Notes under the pieces: generated by a model | What the model saw: only the letters and a program-made list of their open reading frames with translations | Database searches by the model: none | Told to the model about the DNA's origin: nothing | IMG/VR virus record: IMGVR_UViG_3300010052_000153 | Location: 18,928 to 82,927 of that record | DNA length: 64,000 bases | Reading direction: 5' to 3' (one strand) | Source: a virus | Taxonomy: Duplodnaviria > Caudoviricetes | Program-made: the position numbers and the translations under genes | Shown here: positions 19,101 through 28,762 of the stretch, in pieces | How positions within the stretch are numbered: position 1 is the stretch's first letter | Layout of the letters: every line of letters starts with the position of its first letter

Positions 19101-19838
19101 TTAAGCCGCTAAGTCATTCCGCGTGACTTCGCCGATAGTGTCGCGCACCGTCACCAGCGCCATATGGATGATGGCCCGACCTGCGCCCATCGCACCCGCC
19201 CTGTTGTTGATGCCGGCGGCATTGCCCACTTCCTGAAGCGTCGCGCCGTCGATGCACGCCATTTCGAAAGGTTCGCACAGATGACCTAACTTGGCCTGCA
19301 CGCGCGCAAGCTTCGCCTTGGCATCAATCATGTCGTTGACCGGCTTGTCTCCGTCCCATGCTTTCGGAACACGCACCGAGTTACGATTGGTGTCGGTTGC
19401 GTCATCAACAAAGGGCGGAACCTTCACTGTCGGTGGGATATTGACACCCGCAGCCGTCGACTGCCTCGCGTGCTTGTAGACGATGCGGCCATCTGGCTTG
19501 ACGTAGGTGTGGCGGTCGACGGCCATTCCATCGCCCAGGCTGACACCTTTGCCACCAAGCAGCGCCTCGGACTTTGCCTGCTCATATACCCGTCGATACG
19601 CCATCGCATACTTGAGCAGTTCGGTGTTGCCTTCGGCGAGCAGAGCTTTCGCCAGTGGCCAATCGATATTGTCGTTCGCTGCAGATCCGTTCCACTCGGC
19701 GCCGAACGACGCACGAGCGCCGAGACGCTTGCGCTGAGCCGCGCAGGCTGCCCGTTCGTGTCTCTGGTAGTCTTCGCGCGACATCCTGGCCACGGCCATC
19801 CGGCCGTTGTCATTGGCAGCCTGCATAGGTCTAGGCAT
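19101..19838 (-). CDS. Putative late transcription regulator (Q-like position)
   Basis: C-terminal HTH-like segment (CIDGATLQEVGNAAG); located between replication and late operons. Confidence 0.45.
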   Translation of the reverse strand: MPRPMQAANDNGRMAVARMSREDYQRHERAACAAQRKRLGARASFGAEWNGSAANDNIDWPLAKALLAEGNTELLKYAMAYRRVYEQAKSEALLGGKGVSLGDGMAVDRHTYVKPDGRIVYKHARQSTAAGVNIPPTVKVPPFVDDATDTNRNSVRVPKAWDGDKPVNDMIDAKAKLARVQAKLGHLCEPFEMACIDGATLQEVGNAAGINNRAGAMGAGRAIIHMALVTVRDTIGEVTRNDLAA

Positions 19839-19876
19839 TCCTGTTTCGATGATGGTGATGCATGAATTGTCGCCAT

Positions 19877-20386
19877 TCAGGCGACGGACGTCGAGGGCGA
19901 TGATGAATTATCGTTGGATGTTATCCACGTGCGCACGAGCCGTTCCGCTTGATCGGCGGCATCAGAACGGTTGATGGCGCGAACAACGGCGACAGTGTGA
20001 CCCAAGGATTTTAGTGCACGATGGCGAGTGACCTGGCTCGGCAGAAGGGCGGCTTCGCCTACCTTGTTCTCAATGAAGGCCACACGGGCGCCCAGCAGAT
20101 AGACACGGACGTCGGGCTCACCCGCGGTCATTCCGGCAGCTATCGCTTGCGACCTCGCCTTGGGTCCACGACGTGCCGCATTCTGATCACCGGCGAGGAG
20201 GAACGTCTTGCCGTGTTCCGGCATCGCACGCAGCCGCTTGATCTGCTCGGCCTGCAACTCCCATTCCTCTGGCAGCGCCGGCTTAGTGGTGACCTTGCCG
20301 TTGGGGTTGGTTGTGATGGTGGTACGAACGCCGTTGACGCGGACGGTCTGCTGCGTGCGTCGGGTCGACGATTTGCGGTAGGGCAT
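19877..20386 (-). CDS. VRR-NUC domain nuclease
   Basis: AGEPDVRV...FIENKV...SQVTRHRALKSLGHTVAVV. Confidence 0.8.
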   Translation of the reverse strand: MPYRKSSTRRTQQTVRVNGVRTTITTNPNGKVTTKPALPEEWELQAEQIKRLRAMPEHGKTFLLAGDQNAARRGPKARSQAIAAGMTAGEPDVRVYLLGARVAFIENKVGEAALLPSQVTRHRALKSLGHTVAVVRAINRSDAADQAERLVRTWITSNDNSSSPSTSVA

Positions 20387-20426
20387 TGGGTGTCTTTCCG
20401 AATGCGATTTATAAGGTGGGCTTTCG

Positions 20427-20711
20427 GAAAGTCTGAAAGTCTGGATCGACATTCGTTCCGGAAAGTCTGAAAGGCGAAACCGGCATCCTTTCCAGAAAGT
20501 CGACTTTCTGATTTTTTAGCAGGAGAAAGTGTCGGAAAATCCTATAGGGGAATTTCCGACTTTCTACCTTTCGAGACTTTCCGACTTTCGCGAGATTTTC
20601 CGGGAGACTTTCGAAAGTCGACTTTCCGACTTTCCGGAGACTTTCGGGGAGACTTTCGAAAGTCTCTAAGCGAGACTTTCCGACTTTCCGGAGACTTTCT
20701 TAGAGACTTTC
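20427..20711. repeat. GACTTTC iteron-like cluster, candidate replication origin
   Basis: 13 copies of GACTTTC and 6 of its complement GAAAGTC in 285 bp, including AAAGTCGACTTT palindromes. Confidence 0.7.
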
Positions 20712-20882
20712 CGGGGCAGGATGGGTGAGGCAGGCGGGTGATTGGTGCCGATACTCGGGGACTAAAAAAGCGTACCCCGAAGGTAACGACTGCATCTGGA
20801 TATATAGGAAAATCGAACGCTCAAATCAAAGCTCGACAATAGCGGCGGGTAGCGGTGCGCTATGGCGGCACGCTGGGATCGG

Positions 20883-21167
20883 CTAAGACTTCGGCTCTTG
20901 CTGTGACGCTATCTCGGCGTCTCTGGATTGCTTACTCCCGCCCCTCGAGGCGCGCACCAATCGCGACCTGTCGAGATGTGCCCACTGCTCCCCCGACTTG
21001 ACGGCGGACACAGTTCTAATCGACACGCCGTAATCTGCAGCGATCATTCTGTAGGGTCGTGGATCTTCAATGATCGCGATTGCTTGTTTCTCGGAAAGGC
21101 GAGCGCCGGGGTGCAATTCCCCACCGCCAGAACGCTTCGGAGGCACGTTCTGCACCACGGTACGCAA
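20883..21167 (-). CDS. Small HTH protein resembling the DNA-binding C-terminus of HNH homing endonucleases
   Basis: GELHPGARLSE...YGVSIRTVSAVKSGEQWAHL; no HNH catalytic motif. Confidence 0.55.
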   Translation of the reverse strand: MRTVVQNVPPKRSGGGELHPGARLSEKQAIAIIEDPRPYRMIAADYGVSIRTVSAVKSGEQWAHLDRSRLVRASRGGSKQSRDAEIASQQEPKS

Positions 21168-21240
21168 AGCTGATACCTCATTTTTTTGTGAAGCACGTCA
21201 TGCGGCGCGCCTTGCCTTAGCATACGAGTCTCTGGGCATC

Positions 21241-21278
21241 AAAAAAGAAAAGAGCCGCCCCCTTTTCGGGGGCGGCTC
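21241..21278 (-). terminator. Rho-independent terminator of the S-layer-like gene
   Basis: GAGCCGCCCCC-GAAAA-GGGGCGGCTC then TTTTCTTTTTT on minus strand. Confidence 0.85.
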
Positions 21279-21299
21279 GTAGTCGTGTGGATGTACCGA

Positions 21300-24200
21300 T
21301 TAGATAAAGTCGGTAGCGTCGATCGTACCGGAGAAGCCGGTGATCTCAACCAAGCCTTCACCGGCGTCCAGCGTGCCGTCACCGTCCACGTCCTGGATGA
21401 TCCAGGAGCGACCGAAGAGATCGCCAGCATTCGCGGTGATGATCTGCACGTCGTTGGCCGCAGCTGTAGCGAGCAGAGCGTCGATATCCGCAGTGAACGA
21501 CGCCGCGCTGATGCCGCCCTGAGCCTCAGCAATGACCGCACCAATAGCGTTGGCGAAGTCAATGGTATCATCGTCGAAGTTCATGTCGGTGATGGTGTCG
21601 GTCGCTGCCGTCTGGGTAGCCAGAGTAGCACCGCCGCCAGCGAGCGAACCCGTCACATTGAACGTGTCGTCGCCTGCACCGCCAGTCAGAACGTCCGCAC
21701 CAGCCCCACCGTTGATGGTGTCGTCGCCGCCACCGCCGATGATGGTATCGATGCCGCCGCCGCCCGTGATGTTCAGGCGGAGGAACGGATTGGTCACCTG
21801 GCTGGCATCGACTTCGAGCTGAGTCGTAGCCGCAGGAACGATCTCGTTGTCACGAGCTTCGATCGTCAGGGTCTCCTCAAGGCCAGCCGAAGCCGTCTGC
21901 GAGGTGTTTACCAGACGCTCAACCGTTGCATCATCGAGCTGCAGGACGGAAGTCTGGATCGCTGCAGTGTCGTTGGTGAACAGCAGCTTTCCGACGTTCG
22001 AGATGTTGGCAAGGTCGCCGACAGTCACGACAGCCGAATTGCGGACTTCGATGATGTCGAGGTTCGCAAGGTTCGACGGAGCGTTGCCTGCACCAAGGAA
22101 CATGCCGCCATCAATCACGGCCATGCCATTGATGTTGGCGTCGGCCAGGATGAAGCGATCCGACTCGATCGTAGCACCTTCAGCACCATCGAAGGTGAAG
22201 CTGTGCTGTGCGTCGAGGCCGCGGGCGTCGATCGTGATACCGTTATTGGCGAAGCCAAGGCCAGTACCCGTATCGTTGACACCGTCAGACAGGTCGTTGT
22301 CGTTGATGATGTTGACCACTCGGCCACCAGCGACATCAACGCCATTGCGGTTGATCATGTCGTTCGTGAGCAGAATGTTCTGAGCATTCTCGCCGTACTC
22401 GGTGTTGTCACCATCAGCGTCCTTGTCGTTGGCAGCAACGCCCACGCCAGCGAAACGGATGTACTCGAAGCCGGACACGTTGGTCCACTCCGACGCACCA
22501 AGGATCAGCTGCTTGCCATCGCCATCAAACAGGATGGTGTCAGTGCCTTCGCCAGCGGTGACAGTGTCGCTGATCGTCAGACCGGCGGTGCTGTCATTAC
22601 GCAGATCGAAGATGACCGTGTCGTTACCCTTGCCGAACAGCAGCGACTGTCCACCGCCAGGCTGCGCAGCGCCATCGGCGTTGCGGAGAGTGTCGACGCG
22701 CAGAACGATGTCCCCGAGATAGGTAGAGCCATCGAACTTGGCGCCGCTGAAGCGGTCCATGTTCGGGCCGCTGGTTAGCACGTTCGCCGTATGACCAACG
22801 CCGCCGGCAGCATCGAACGGGCTCTGCGCGCTAGGATCATTGGCAAGGCCAGACTGATCCAGGTCGTAGGTGCCGCCGAAACCGCCGAAGCCGCCCGAGT
22901 CACGCGTATCGAAGTTCATGTAGGTGCCAGCAACACCACCGGTCAGCGTCAGCGTGCCGGTGATATCCGTCAAGCCACCGCCCTTGGCGTCGGTTGCGAT
23001 TGCACCAGCGCCGAGCCGAACGGAGTTGGATTCCGAGTCGGTGTCGTTGATGGTGATGTTCTCAACGCCAGAAGTCTGGAGCTGAACGTTGAAGCGCGGG
23101 TCAGTGTTGATGCCCCGGTCTTCGTCATCAGCCTGATCAGTGATGTTCAGCTTGACAGTGTCGCTAGCCGTGTTGGTAGCCAACTGAGCAACGATGATGT
23201 TGCTGTCGATGCCATTGCTGCCAGTCGTGGAGTGCTGGACGGTGATCGCCTGAGCAAGCTCAGCCGACAGCTTCGTCAGGTGGGTGGTCAACTGCTCCGT
23301 CGCCGAAGTCCACGGACCGACGAAGTCCTGACCTTCGTTGCGGATCGTCACATCCTTGAGACCAGTGAAGAGCGACGTGTCAACCTTGATCAGGTCCGCA
23401 GCCGTGCCGAAGTCTTGGCCGCCACGAATGTCAAGATGCTCCAAGTTGGAGAAGCTGCCCTTGGTGACGCCAGCATAAACCTGCAGCGTATCCTCACCGC
23501 CGCCGCCGTCAACGACGTCACCGGCGCTATCTGCAACCGCCTGAAGACGGATGATGTCGTCCTGTGCTGTACCCGTAACCTTGAGGTCAACAGGGGCACC
23601 CGACGTGCCGTCCTTGGAGGCGCTGATTTCGTCGCCGATCGTAATATCGAGCGAGCCGGTGAGCGCAGAGGCATTGATCTCGCTCAGCGAGCCAGCAACG
23701 TTGTCCAGACCGGCGCCGTGACGAATAGCCTCGAGCTGGCCCGACGGACGAACGACATCGTCAGTGGTTCCGAGGGCGAGGTCCTGGTCACCCGAAATAT
23801 TGACAGTCCGAATGTCCTCGCCAGAAATGTAACCGACGGCGTTGGCCGAACCAGTCGACTTCAGGTTGAGGGTCTCGAAGCCCTGCGAACCGTTGCCGTC
23901 CACGAAGATGTCTTCGAGGGTGACGTTGTTCACAGTCAGGTTGGCAATATCGGTCTCGCCCTGAAGGGCCTTGTCCACGAAGAAGAAGTGAACGTGGCTA
24001 TTCTCGTCGTTGGAGTCGGTAACCGACAGATTGATGCCAGAGGCAGGCGCCTCCTGAATGTTGTAGGCTTCGAACAGGTTACCATCAACGCCACTAACGT
24101 TGATGTTCTTAACGCCCGTGGAATCCTGGAAATCCAGATAGCCGTCGAAGTTCAGGCGAACATCGACGTTAACCGTCTCGACGCCCTTAAGGGTCGGGTT

Positions 24201-25001
24201 GATGTCGTTGTCGCCGGTGTCAGCGTCGTTGACGAAGGTGAAGTTCAGGGTCGGGTTGGTGCCCGTGCCGGTGAGAACGTCATCGTCGTTCAGCGTGTTG
24301 ACCTGGTCGGTGCCGCCCGGGGTGAAGCCGCGCGCTGCGGTGAACACGTTGCCCGAAACGATGTCGGTGCCTTCGGTCAGACGGATGCCGGTATCCGGAT
24401 CGTCCTGGTCGAAGTGCGTGCCATCAGCCGTCTCGATCGGCGTGAACACAGCGCCGTTGGTCGGCAGCTGGGCCGAACCGTCGTCGATGGCAGCGCGGAG
24501 ATCGTTCACCGCATCGCCGAGACCAGCGTCTTCCGTGACGAGGATCTTGAGCAGCGAGGCGAGACCGACGATGGCAGCGCCATCCGGGCCAGCAACGCCG
24601 CGCTCGGCGGCAACGCGGGCATAAAAGTCCTGCGCTTCAGCGCGGGTGAAGAAGGCACGGCCTTCGGCAGTCTGATTTGCCGACGGAACGTAGGCGTCAT
24701 AGATAGCGCCCAGCTTGTCCGACAGCGTCGCGGCGCCGGCCGTGATCGCCTGGAACTTGGCGAGAGCAGCCGGGTTGCCCTGAACCAACGCGTTGGTCAG
24801 GTTGATGAAGATGTTTTCCTGGTTGAACGTGATGCTCGGGTTGTTCGAGCCGAAGTTCGTCGACTTCGCGTTGTTGATCAGGAAGACGAAGCCGTCGATG
24901 GAGGGGACGCCTCCAAGCAGGACCTCATAAGCAGCAGCGATGCCCGAAAAGGCATCTTGGTTCGCGTCTACAAGCGCGTCCAATTCAGCTAGGGTTGCCA
25001 T
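21300..25001 (-). CDS. S-layer / RTX-like beta-strand surface protein (1233 aa)
   Basis: No signal peptide; helical N-terminus; T/D/G/N-rich beta repeats; GGxGxD Ca-binding repeats near the C-terminus (GGGGIDTI, GGGGDDTI, GGAGADVL, GGAGDDTF); strong codon bias. Confidence 0.75.
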   Translation of the reverse strand: MATLAELDALVDANQDAFSGIAAAYEVLLGGVPSIDGFVFLINNAKSTNFGSNNPSITFNQENIFINLTNALVQGNPAALAKFQAITAGAATLSDKLGAIYDAYVPSANQTAEGRAFFTRAEAQDFYARVAAERGVAGPDGAAIVGLASLLKILVTEDAGLGDAVNDLRAAIDDGSAQLPTNGAVFTPIETADGTHFDQDDPDTGIRLTEGTDIVSGNVFTAARGFTPGGTDQVNTLNDDDVLTGTGTNPTLNFTFVNDADTGDNDINPTLKGVETVNVDVRLNFDGYLDFQDSTGVKNINVSGVDGNLFEAYNIQEAPASGINLSVTDSNDENSHVHFFFVDKALQGETDIANLTVNNVTLEDIFVDGNGSQGFETLNLKSTGSANAVGYISGEDIRTVNISGDQDLALGTTDDVVRPSGQLEAIRHGAGLDNVAGSLSEINASALTGSLDITIGDEISASKDGTSGAPVDLKVTGTAQDDIIRLQAVADSAGDVVDGGGGEDTLQVYAGVTKGSFSNLEHLDIRGGQDFGTAADLIKVDTSLFTGLKDVTIRNEGQDFVGPWTSATEQLTTHLTKLSAELAQAITVQHSTTGSNGIDSNIIVAQLATNTASDTVKLNITDQADDEDRGINTDPRFNVQLQTSGVENITINDTDSESNSVRLGAGAIATDAKGGGLTDITGTLTLTGGVAGTYMNFDTRDSGGFGGFGGTYDLDQSGLANDPSAQSPFDAAGGVGHTANVLTSGPNMDRFSGAKFDGSTYLGDIVLRVDTLRNADGAAQPGGGQSLLFGKGNDTVIFDLRNDSTAGLTISDTVTAGEGTDTILFDGDGKQLILGASEWTNVSGFEYIRFAGVGVAANDKDADGDNTEYGENAQNILLTNDMINRNGVDVAGGRVVNIINDNDLSDGVNDTGTGLGFANNGITIDARGLDAQHSFTFDGAEGATIESDRFILADANINGMAVIDGGMFLGAGNAPSNLANLDIIEVRNSAVVTVGDLANISNVGKLLFTNDTAAIQTSVLQLDDATVERLVNTSQTASAGLEETLTIEARDNEIVPAATTQLEVDASQVTNPFLRLNITGGGGIDTIIGGGGDDTINGGAGADVLTGGAGDDTFNVTGSLAGGGATLATQTAATDTITDMNFDDDTIDFANAIGAVIAEAQGGISAASFTADIDALLATAAANDVQIITANAGDLFGRSWIIQDVDGDGTLDAGEGLVEITGFSGTIDATDFI

Positions 25002-25170
25002 ATTTTCTCCTCGAGGAATGGAATCCTGCCGGTAACGACTCTGTCATTACCGACTGGTGCTTGTTTAGACGCTCCGAAAGTGACGTGTCAATCGCTCTTG
25101 ACAGAAAAAAGTGCTGCTCTTAGGTTTGCTGTACACACCGCCTGCAGCGGGCGGCGAGAGAGCAACCAAT

Positions 25171-25500
25171 ATGGCAATCTATCAACAAAAACGTGATGAC
25201 CCCGAGTCTGCGCAGTTGCGTAGGGATGGTGGCGCTTGGCTGAAGACAATGCGCGAGAAGGCTGGCCACACGCAACGATCGTTTGCTGCCGTCGTCGGCG
25301 CCGACTATTACACCTTCATCTCCCAGATTGAGAACGGTCGCGGGCGCGTCCCACCGGAGCGTTACGGAGTTTGGGCCGATGCGCTTGGCATGGATCGCCG
25401 GGAATTTATGAGGCGGTTGATGCGCTTCTACGATCCCCACGCATATGAGATGTTGTTCGCACCTGTGGTTGCGAACTCGGGATCGACGAAGGCTGAATAG
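25171..25500 (+). CDS. XRE-family HTH regulator divergent from the S-layer-like gene
   Basis: WLKTMREKAGHTQRSFAAVVG...FISQIENGRGRVP. Confidence 0.8.
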   Translation: MAIYQQKRDDPESAQLRRDGGAWLKTMREKAGHTQRSFAAVVGADYYTFISQIENGRGRVPPERYGVWADALGMDRREFMRRLMRFYDPHAYEMLFAPVVANSGSTKAE

Positions 25501-25634
25501 CCGCAATTCATTGGGTTGAAGCAGGCTGCGCGTTCCAGAATGCGAGCCGTCCGCAGCTCGCTCCGCATTACGTCGGCTTGGCGGAAGCCCTGCATCGAAG
25601 GCTCCGCAGTCATGCGCTAGATGCCTGCCGGGGT

Positions 25635-25913
25635 TTATTCCGCCGTCATCAAATTACGCGACCAGAGAACCATACCAGTTTGCTCTGACAGCGTGGCGCG
25701 ATTTGCCCGGTCTCTGCCCGGCGTGCCGGCAATTTCAGCCTTAGCACGCTCCAAAGCCTGCTGGAACGTCGCAACGACGAACTCATTTGACCTAGCTACG
25801 GTCACAAGCGGCTCACCATTCTCGCCACCAGCCCCGATCCTGAATATGTATGTGGGCATGGTAACCTCTCTAGATCCATCGACCATATAGGTGTGGCAGT
25901 CGGACAACGACAA
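25635..25913 (-). CDS. Hypothetical protein
   Basis: 92 aa ORF; plausible internal start MPTYIFRI. Confidence 0.4.
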   Translation of the reverse strand: MSLSDCHTYMVDGSREVTMPTYIFRIGAGGENGEPLVTVARSNEFVVATFQQALERAKAEIAGTPGRDRANRATLSEQTGMVLWSRNLMTAE

Positions 25914-26030
25914 GCCAGACGTAGCATTTTCAAACCGACAAAAGTGCCTCGATTACATATTGAAGGCCAATGCCTCCATTTCGCCCCGTGTTGGCGATAG
26001 CCCGGATCGGCCATTCAACAGGAGGATGAG

Positions 26031-26399
26031 ATGCTCAGGTCGCTTCGTGCGCTAATGGTTTTCACCGTTCTTGCTTCGCCTGCCTTGGGCGCAGAACTAG
26101 ATGATCACTATCAGCTAGAGGGAGCGAATCCTGGAGGGACCGGAAAATACCGCGGAAGCGTCCAGATCAGGGAAACTGGTGAGACCTACCAGGTGGCATG
26201 GACGATAGGGAATCAACAGTACGCCGGAACGGGCGTGCTCCAGGGTGATACTTTCTCCATAGTCTTTCAGCCGCGGAAGGGATCTGCCGGCATCGCCGTC
26301 TACAAGCTTAAGGGTGATGGCACGCTCGAGGGATCGTGGGCAAATCTCGCCGGCACTAAACTCGGTGCCGAGATATGGCGGCCAGACCAAGGGTTGTAG
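26031..26399 (+). CDS. Secreted small beta-barrel protein
   Basis: Signal peptide (ALMVFTVLASPALG-A), GGAGGATG RBS, GANPGG..Y.G.V...W.IG motif. Confidence 0.65.
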   Translation: MLRSLRALMVFTVLASPALGAELDDHYQLEGANPGGTGKYRGSVQIRETGETYQVAWTIGNQQYAGTGVLQGDTFSIVFQPRKGSAGIAVYKLKGDGTLEGSWANLAGTKLGAEIWRPDQGL

Positions 26400-26448
26400 G
26401 ACGACTATTTCAGGCGCTCGTGCAACGTAAGTCTTTCTTCTAACGGCC

Positions 26449-26709
26449 TTAGTCCATGTCCGGAACAGAGCCCGCCTGAAACAGCACGATGGGCTCGCCG
26501 TATTCCCCGATCTTCGGGTTGGCCTCACGCGACCACGCAATGACGCCGGCGTGCTTGCTGGCCAGCCCCTGCGCCGTGCGAATGGCGCGGTCCTCAGTCT
26601 GCTGCTCGGCCGGCCCGAATGCGGCCTGTAACTCGCCGTCTTCGTCCCTGTCGAACGCAGTCACGACGATCAGCTTCGGCATTTTCGGGGTGGGGAGAAT
26701 GCTCGCCAT
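26449..26709 (-). CDS. Hypothetical protein of SRAP-associated cassette
   Basis: PKLIVVTAFDRDEDGEL...GVIAWSREANP; GAAGGAG RBS. Confidence 0.6.
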   Translation of the reverse strand: MASILPTPKMPKLIVVTAFDRDEDGELQAAFGPAEQQTEDRAIRTAQGLASKHAGVIAWSREANPKIGEYGEPIVLFQAGSVPDMD

Positions 26710-26729
26710 GGTACGCGCTCCTTCTTGCG

Positions 26730-26912
26730 TCACTCGGGCTTGTGTTCGGTGCAAAACCAGATCGTGTCTTTGACGCTGTGACGGGGGAAGCCCCATGCTC
26801 CCCATCTGCCACAGCCAGGATGCTCGCAGTCGTGGAGGTACAGCCCGGTGGGTACGCGCCGCAGTTCTACCGTCTCACCTTCAGCCAGTGGCCGCGGCGC
26901 CTCATCACTCAA
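26730..26912 (-). CDS. Small Cys/His-containing hypothetical protein
   Basis: CEHPGC...FCTEH; ATGA-coupled to the upstream gene. Confidence 0.45.
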   Translation of the reverse strand: MSDEAPRPLAEGETVELRRVPTGLYLHDCEHPGCGRWGAWGFPRHSVKDTIWFCTEHKPE

Positions 26913-27283
26913 TTCAGCCGCCCCGTGTCCTCATTGCTAACCCGGGCTAGGGCGCGCTCCAGCAGCCACGGCAGTTCGAACGGACTGGCGACATAAACGA
27001 ACTCCTCGCCATCCAGGATGGCGAGGAGGAACTCGCTTTCGACATTCGGGCCATCCGCCGCCGGAAGCGGCGCGAACCAGACCGGCGCGGTCACGTCCTT
27101 GTCTTTCCATCCTATCTGCTCGAAGAGGTCGGATGCCTCCGTCAAACGGTCGGCGATATCGGAGCGGATGCTCTCCAGATACTCCTCCCCATTGTCGATC
27201 TCGAAATAGCTTTCGAGAAGCGTTTTGGCATCGAGCCAGCCGTTCAGGAAGAAATGCCGGACCTTGTATGCGTAGAGGGTCAT
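26909..27283 (-). CDS. Hypothetical protein
   Basis: MTLYAYKVRH start coupled (ATGA) to the SRAP stop. Confidence 0.55.
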   Translation of the reverse strand: MTLYAYKVRHFFLNGWLDAKTLLESYFEIDNGEEYLESIRSDIADRLTEASDLFEQIGWKDKDVTAPVWFAPLPAADGPNVESEFLLAILDGEEFVYVASPFELPWLLERALARVSNEDTGRLN

Positions 27284-28023
27284 GCTGCGATCACCTCTGG
27301 CGCCGGCACGATCTGCAGCAGATCGTCCGGAAGCGGCCGCTGGAGGGCCCTCGCCTGCTCCCAAGGCGCCGTGAGCCACAGCTCGACCTCTTCGCGGGTC
27401 GTGAGGATCACGGGCATTGCCTTTTCGTGGATCGGGCCGACGACGCCGTTGGGCTCCGTTGTGAGGAAGGCATAGAGGTCGGCTTTGATTAGGCCTTCGC
27501 GGACCTTCCGCACGCTTTCCCATTGCGGCAACCAGAGCCCGGCGAAGAAGAATAGCGGTCGGTCCCCATTGAGGGCGAACCAGGCGTTGGGCATGCGCTC
27601 ACCCTCGACTTTGCTCTTCGGGTCCGGCTCGGCGAAGCTGGTGACGGGCACAACGGCGCGGTTCTCTATGCCCAGCCAGCGTTGCCAGTGCTTGCTGCTC
27701 GTGTTCCTTATGTTGGTCGTACCGCCATCGGGCTCCATCCGCAGGAGATCGTTGAAGGCGTCCCTGTCGATGGCGCGACCCTTCGCCCGCAGCTTGTCGG
27801 CGCGCTTCGACGTCGCGTCCATAAGCGCCTTGGATGACGAGGGCATGCCCCATCGCGTAAGGGCGAGCTCGCGGACGCCGTCGGTACCGTTCCGCACGAT
27901 TGGCGCCGAATAGTCCGGGTAGACGTCCTGGGACGGCACCAGGTTGCCAACCATGTCCCGGAAGTAGCCGGAAAGCGCGCGGATCGCCTCCTGGTTGGTG
28001 GAGTGGTTGTAAAGGTTGCACAT
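27280..28023 (-). CDS. SOS response-associated peptidase (SRAP/YedK/HMCES family)
   Basis: MCNLY N-terminal Cys, RWGMP, VPVTSFAEP, FFAGLW, IHEKAMPVIL. Confidence 0.9.
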   Translation of the reverse strand: MCNLYNHSTNQEAIRALSGYFRDMVGNLVPSQDVYPDYSAPIVRNGTDGVRELALTRWGMPSSSKALMDATSKRADKLRAKGRAIDRDAFNDLLRMEPDGGTTNIRNTSSKHWQRWLGIENRAVVPVTSFAEPDPKSKVEGERMPNAWFALNGDRPLFFFAGLWLPQWESVRKVREGLIKADLYAFLTTEPNGVVGPIHEKAMPVILTTREEVELWLTAPWEQARALQRPLPDDLLQIVPAPEVIAA

Positions 28024-28086
28024 GCCGTGGTGGCCCTTGTTGGGAAGAGAGTCATAGACTCGGCAGTTGACTCCTACAAGGAATTT

Positions 28087-28101
28087 GTTCTCTCTCCGTT
28101 C
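28087..28101. promoter_or_regulatory. Alphaproteobacterial LexA (SOS) box
   Basis: GTTC-TCTCTCC-GTTC (GTTC-N7-GTTC) between the divergent SRAP gene and 28104 gene. Confidence 0.75.
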
Positions 28102-28103
28102 CC

Positions 28104-28442
28104 ATGCCCGAACCATATTGGCCGAAGCGGAAAGTCTCCTTCACGTTGATGGATGCGCACAAGGCGGGCGTCCTGCTGCGCGCGTTTTGCCGATATGACA
28201 AACAGGAGCGCTTCTTCCTGCCGGTCGACCTCGCGAAACTGTACGGCGACGTTGAGGTCGACGACGTCATGTATCTGATGAAATGCCGATGTGGACGCAG
28301 TTTGGATGTGGGAGGCGCCTATCTCACGGCCGAGCAGAAGCAGACGGTCAAGGTGCGTAGACTGCTCAAGGTCTATTACCAGCGACGATCGGTGTGGGAG
28401 GACGTGCCATACGTCAGCATAAAGATTCGCGATGAAGGCTAG
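28104..28442 (+). CDS. Zn-ribbon-like hypothetical protein
   Basis: RAFCRYDK...MKCRCG; divergent from SRAP. Confidence 0.6.
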   Translation: MPEPYWPKRKVSFTLMDAHKAGVLLRAFCRYDKQERFFLPVDLAKLYGDVEVDDVMYLMKCRCGRSLDVGGAYLTAEQKQTVKVRRLLKVYYQRRSVWEDVPYVSIKIRDEG

Positions 28443-28625
28443 TCAAAAGCGTGCTTTTGTATTTGATTTCTCGCGGCACGTGATTATTTTAACGCTGTCG
28501 CAGCTTGCCGAGATAGCCCATACAGTGATCGAATCATTTAATTTTCAGATATAGAAAAAGCGGGCGTTTGCAAACTTAACGCGACAGCAAACGCCAATCT
28601 TGGCCCAATTCCAATGGAGGTTTCC

Positions 28626-28724
28626 ATGGATGTCGGGCTTATGGCCTCGATGATTAGCATAGCAGCCAGCATGGTGGGGATCATTGCTTCCCTGCTGGTA
28701 ATACGCCGAGAAACACGGCGTTAA
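28626..28724 (+). CDS. 32-aa hydrophobic peptide (not in ORF track)
   Basis: GGAGG RBS; MDVGLMASMISIAASMVGIIASLLVIRRETRR; followed by a terminator. Confidence 0.55.
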   Translation: MDVGLMASMISIAASMVGIIASLLVIRRETRR

Positions 28725-28730
28725 AACGTG

Positions 28731-28762
28731 AAAGGCCCGCCCCTCGAAATGGCGGGCCTTTT
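28731..28762. terminator. Bidirectional terminator
   Basis: AAAGGCCCGCC...GGCGGGCCTTTT between convergent genes. Confidence 0.75.

Noticed and set aside
20427-20711. CRISPR or toxin-antitoxin RNA repeat array
   Set aside because: Heptamers with irregular spacing in both orientations; no spacers.
21285-24992. Long plus-strand ORFs (497 and 733 aa)
   Set aside because: Antisense shadows of the codon-biased S-layer-like gene; no RBS or motifs.
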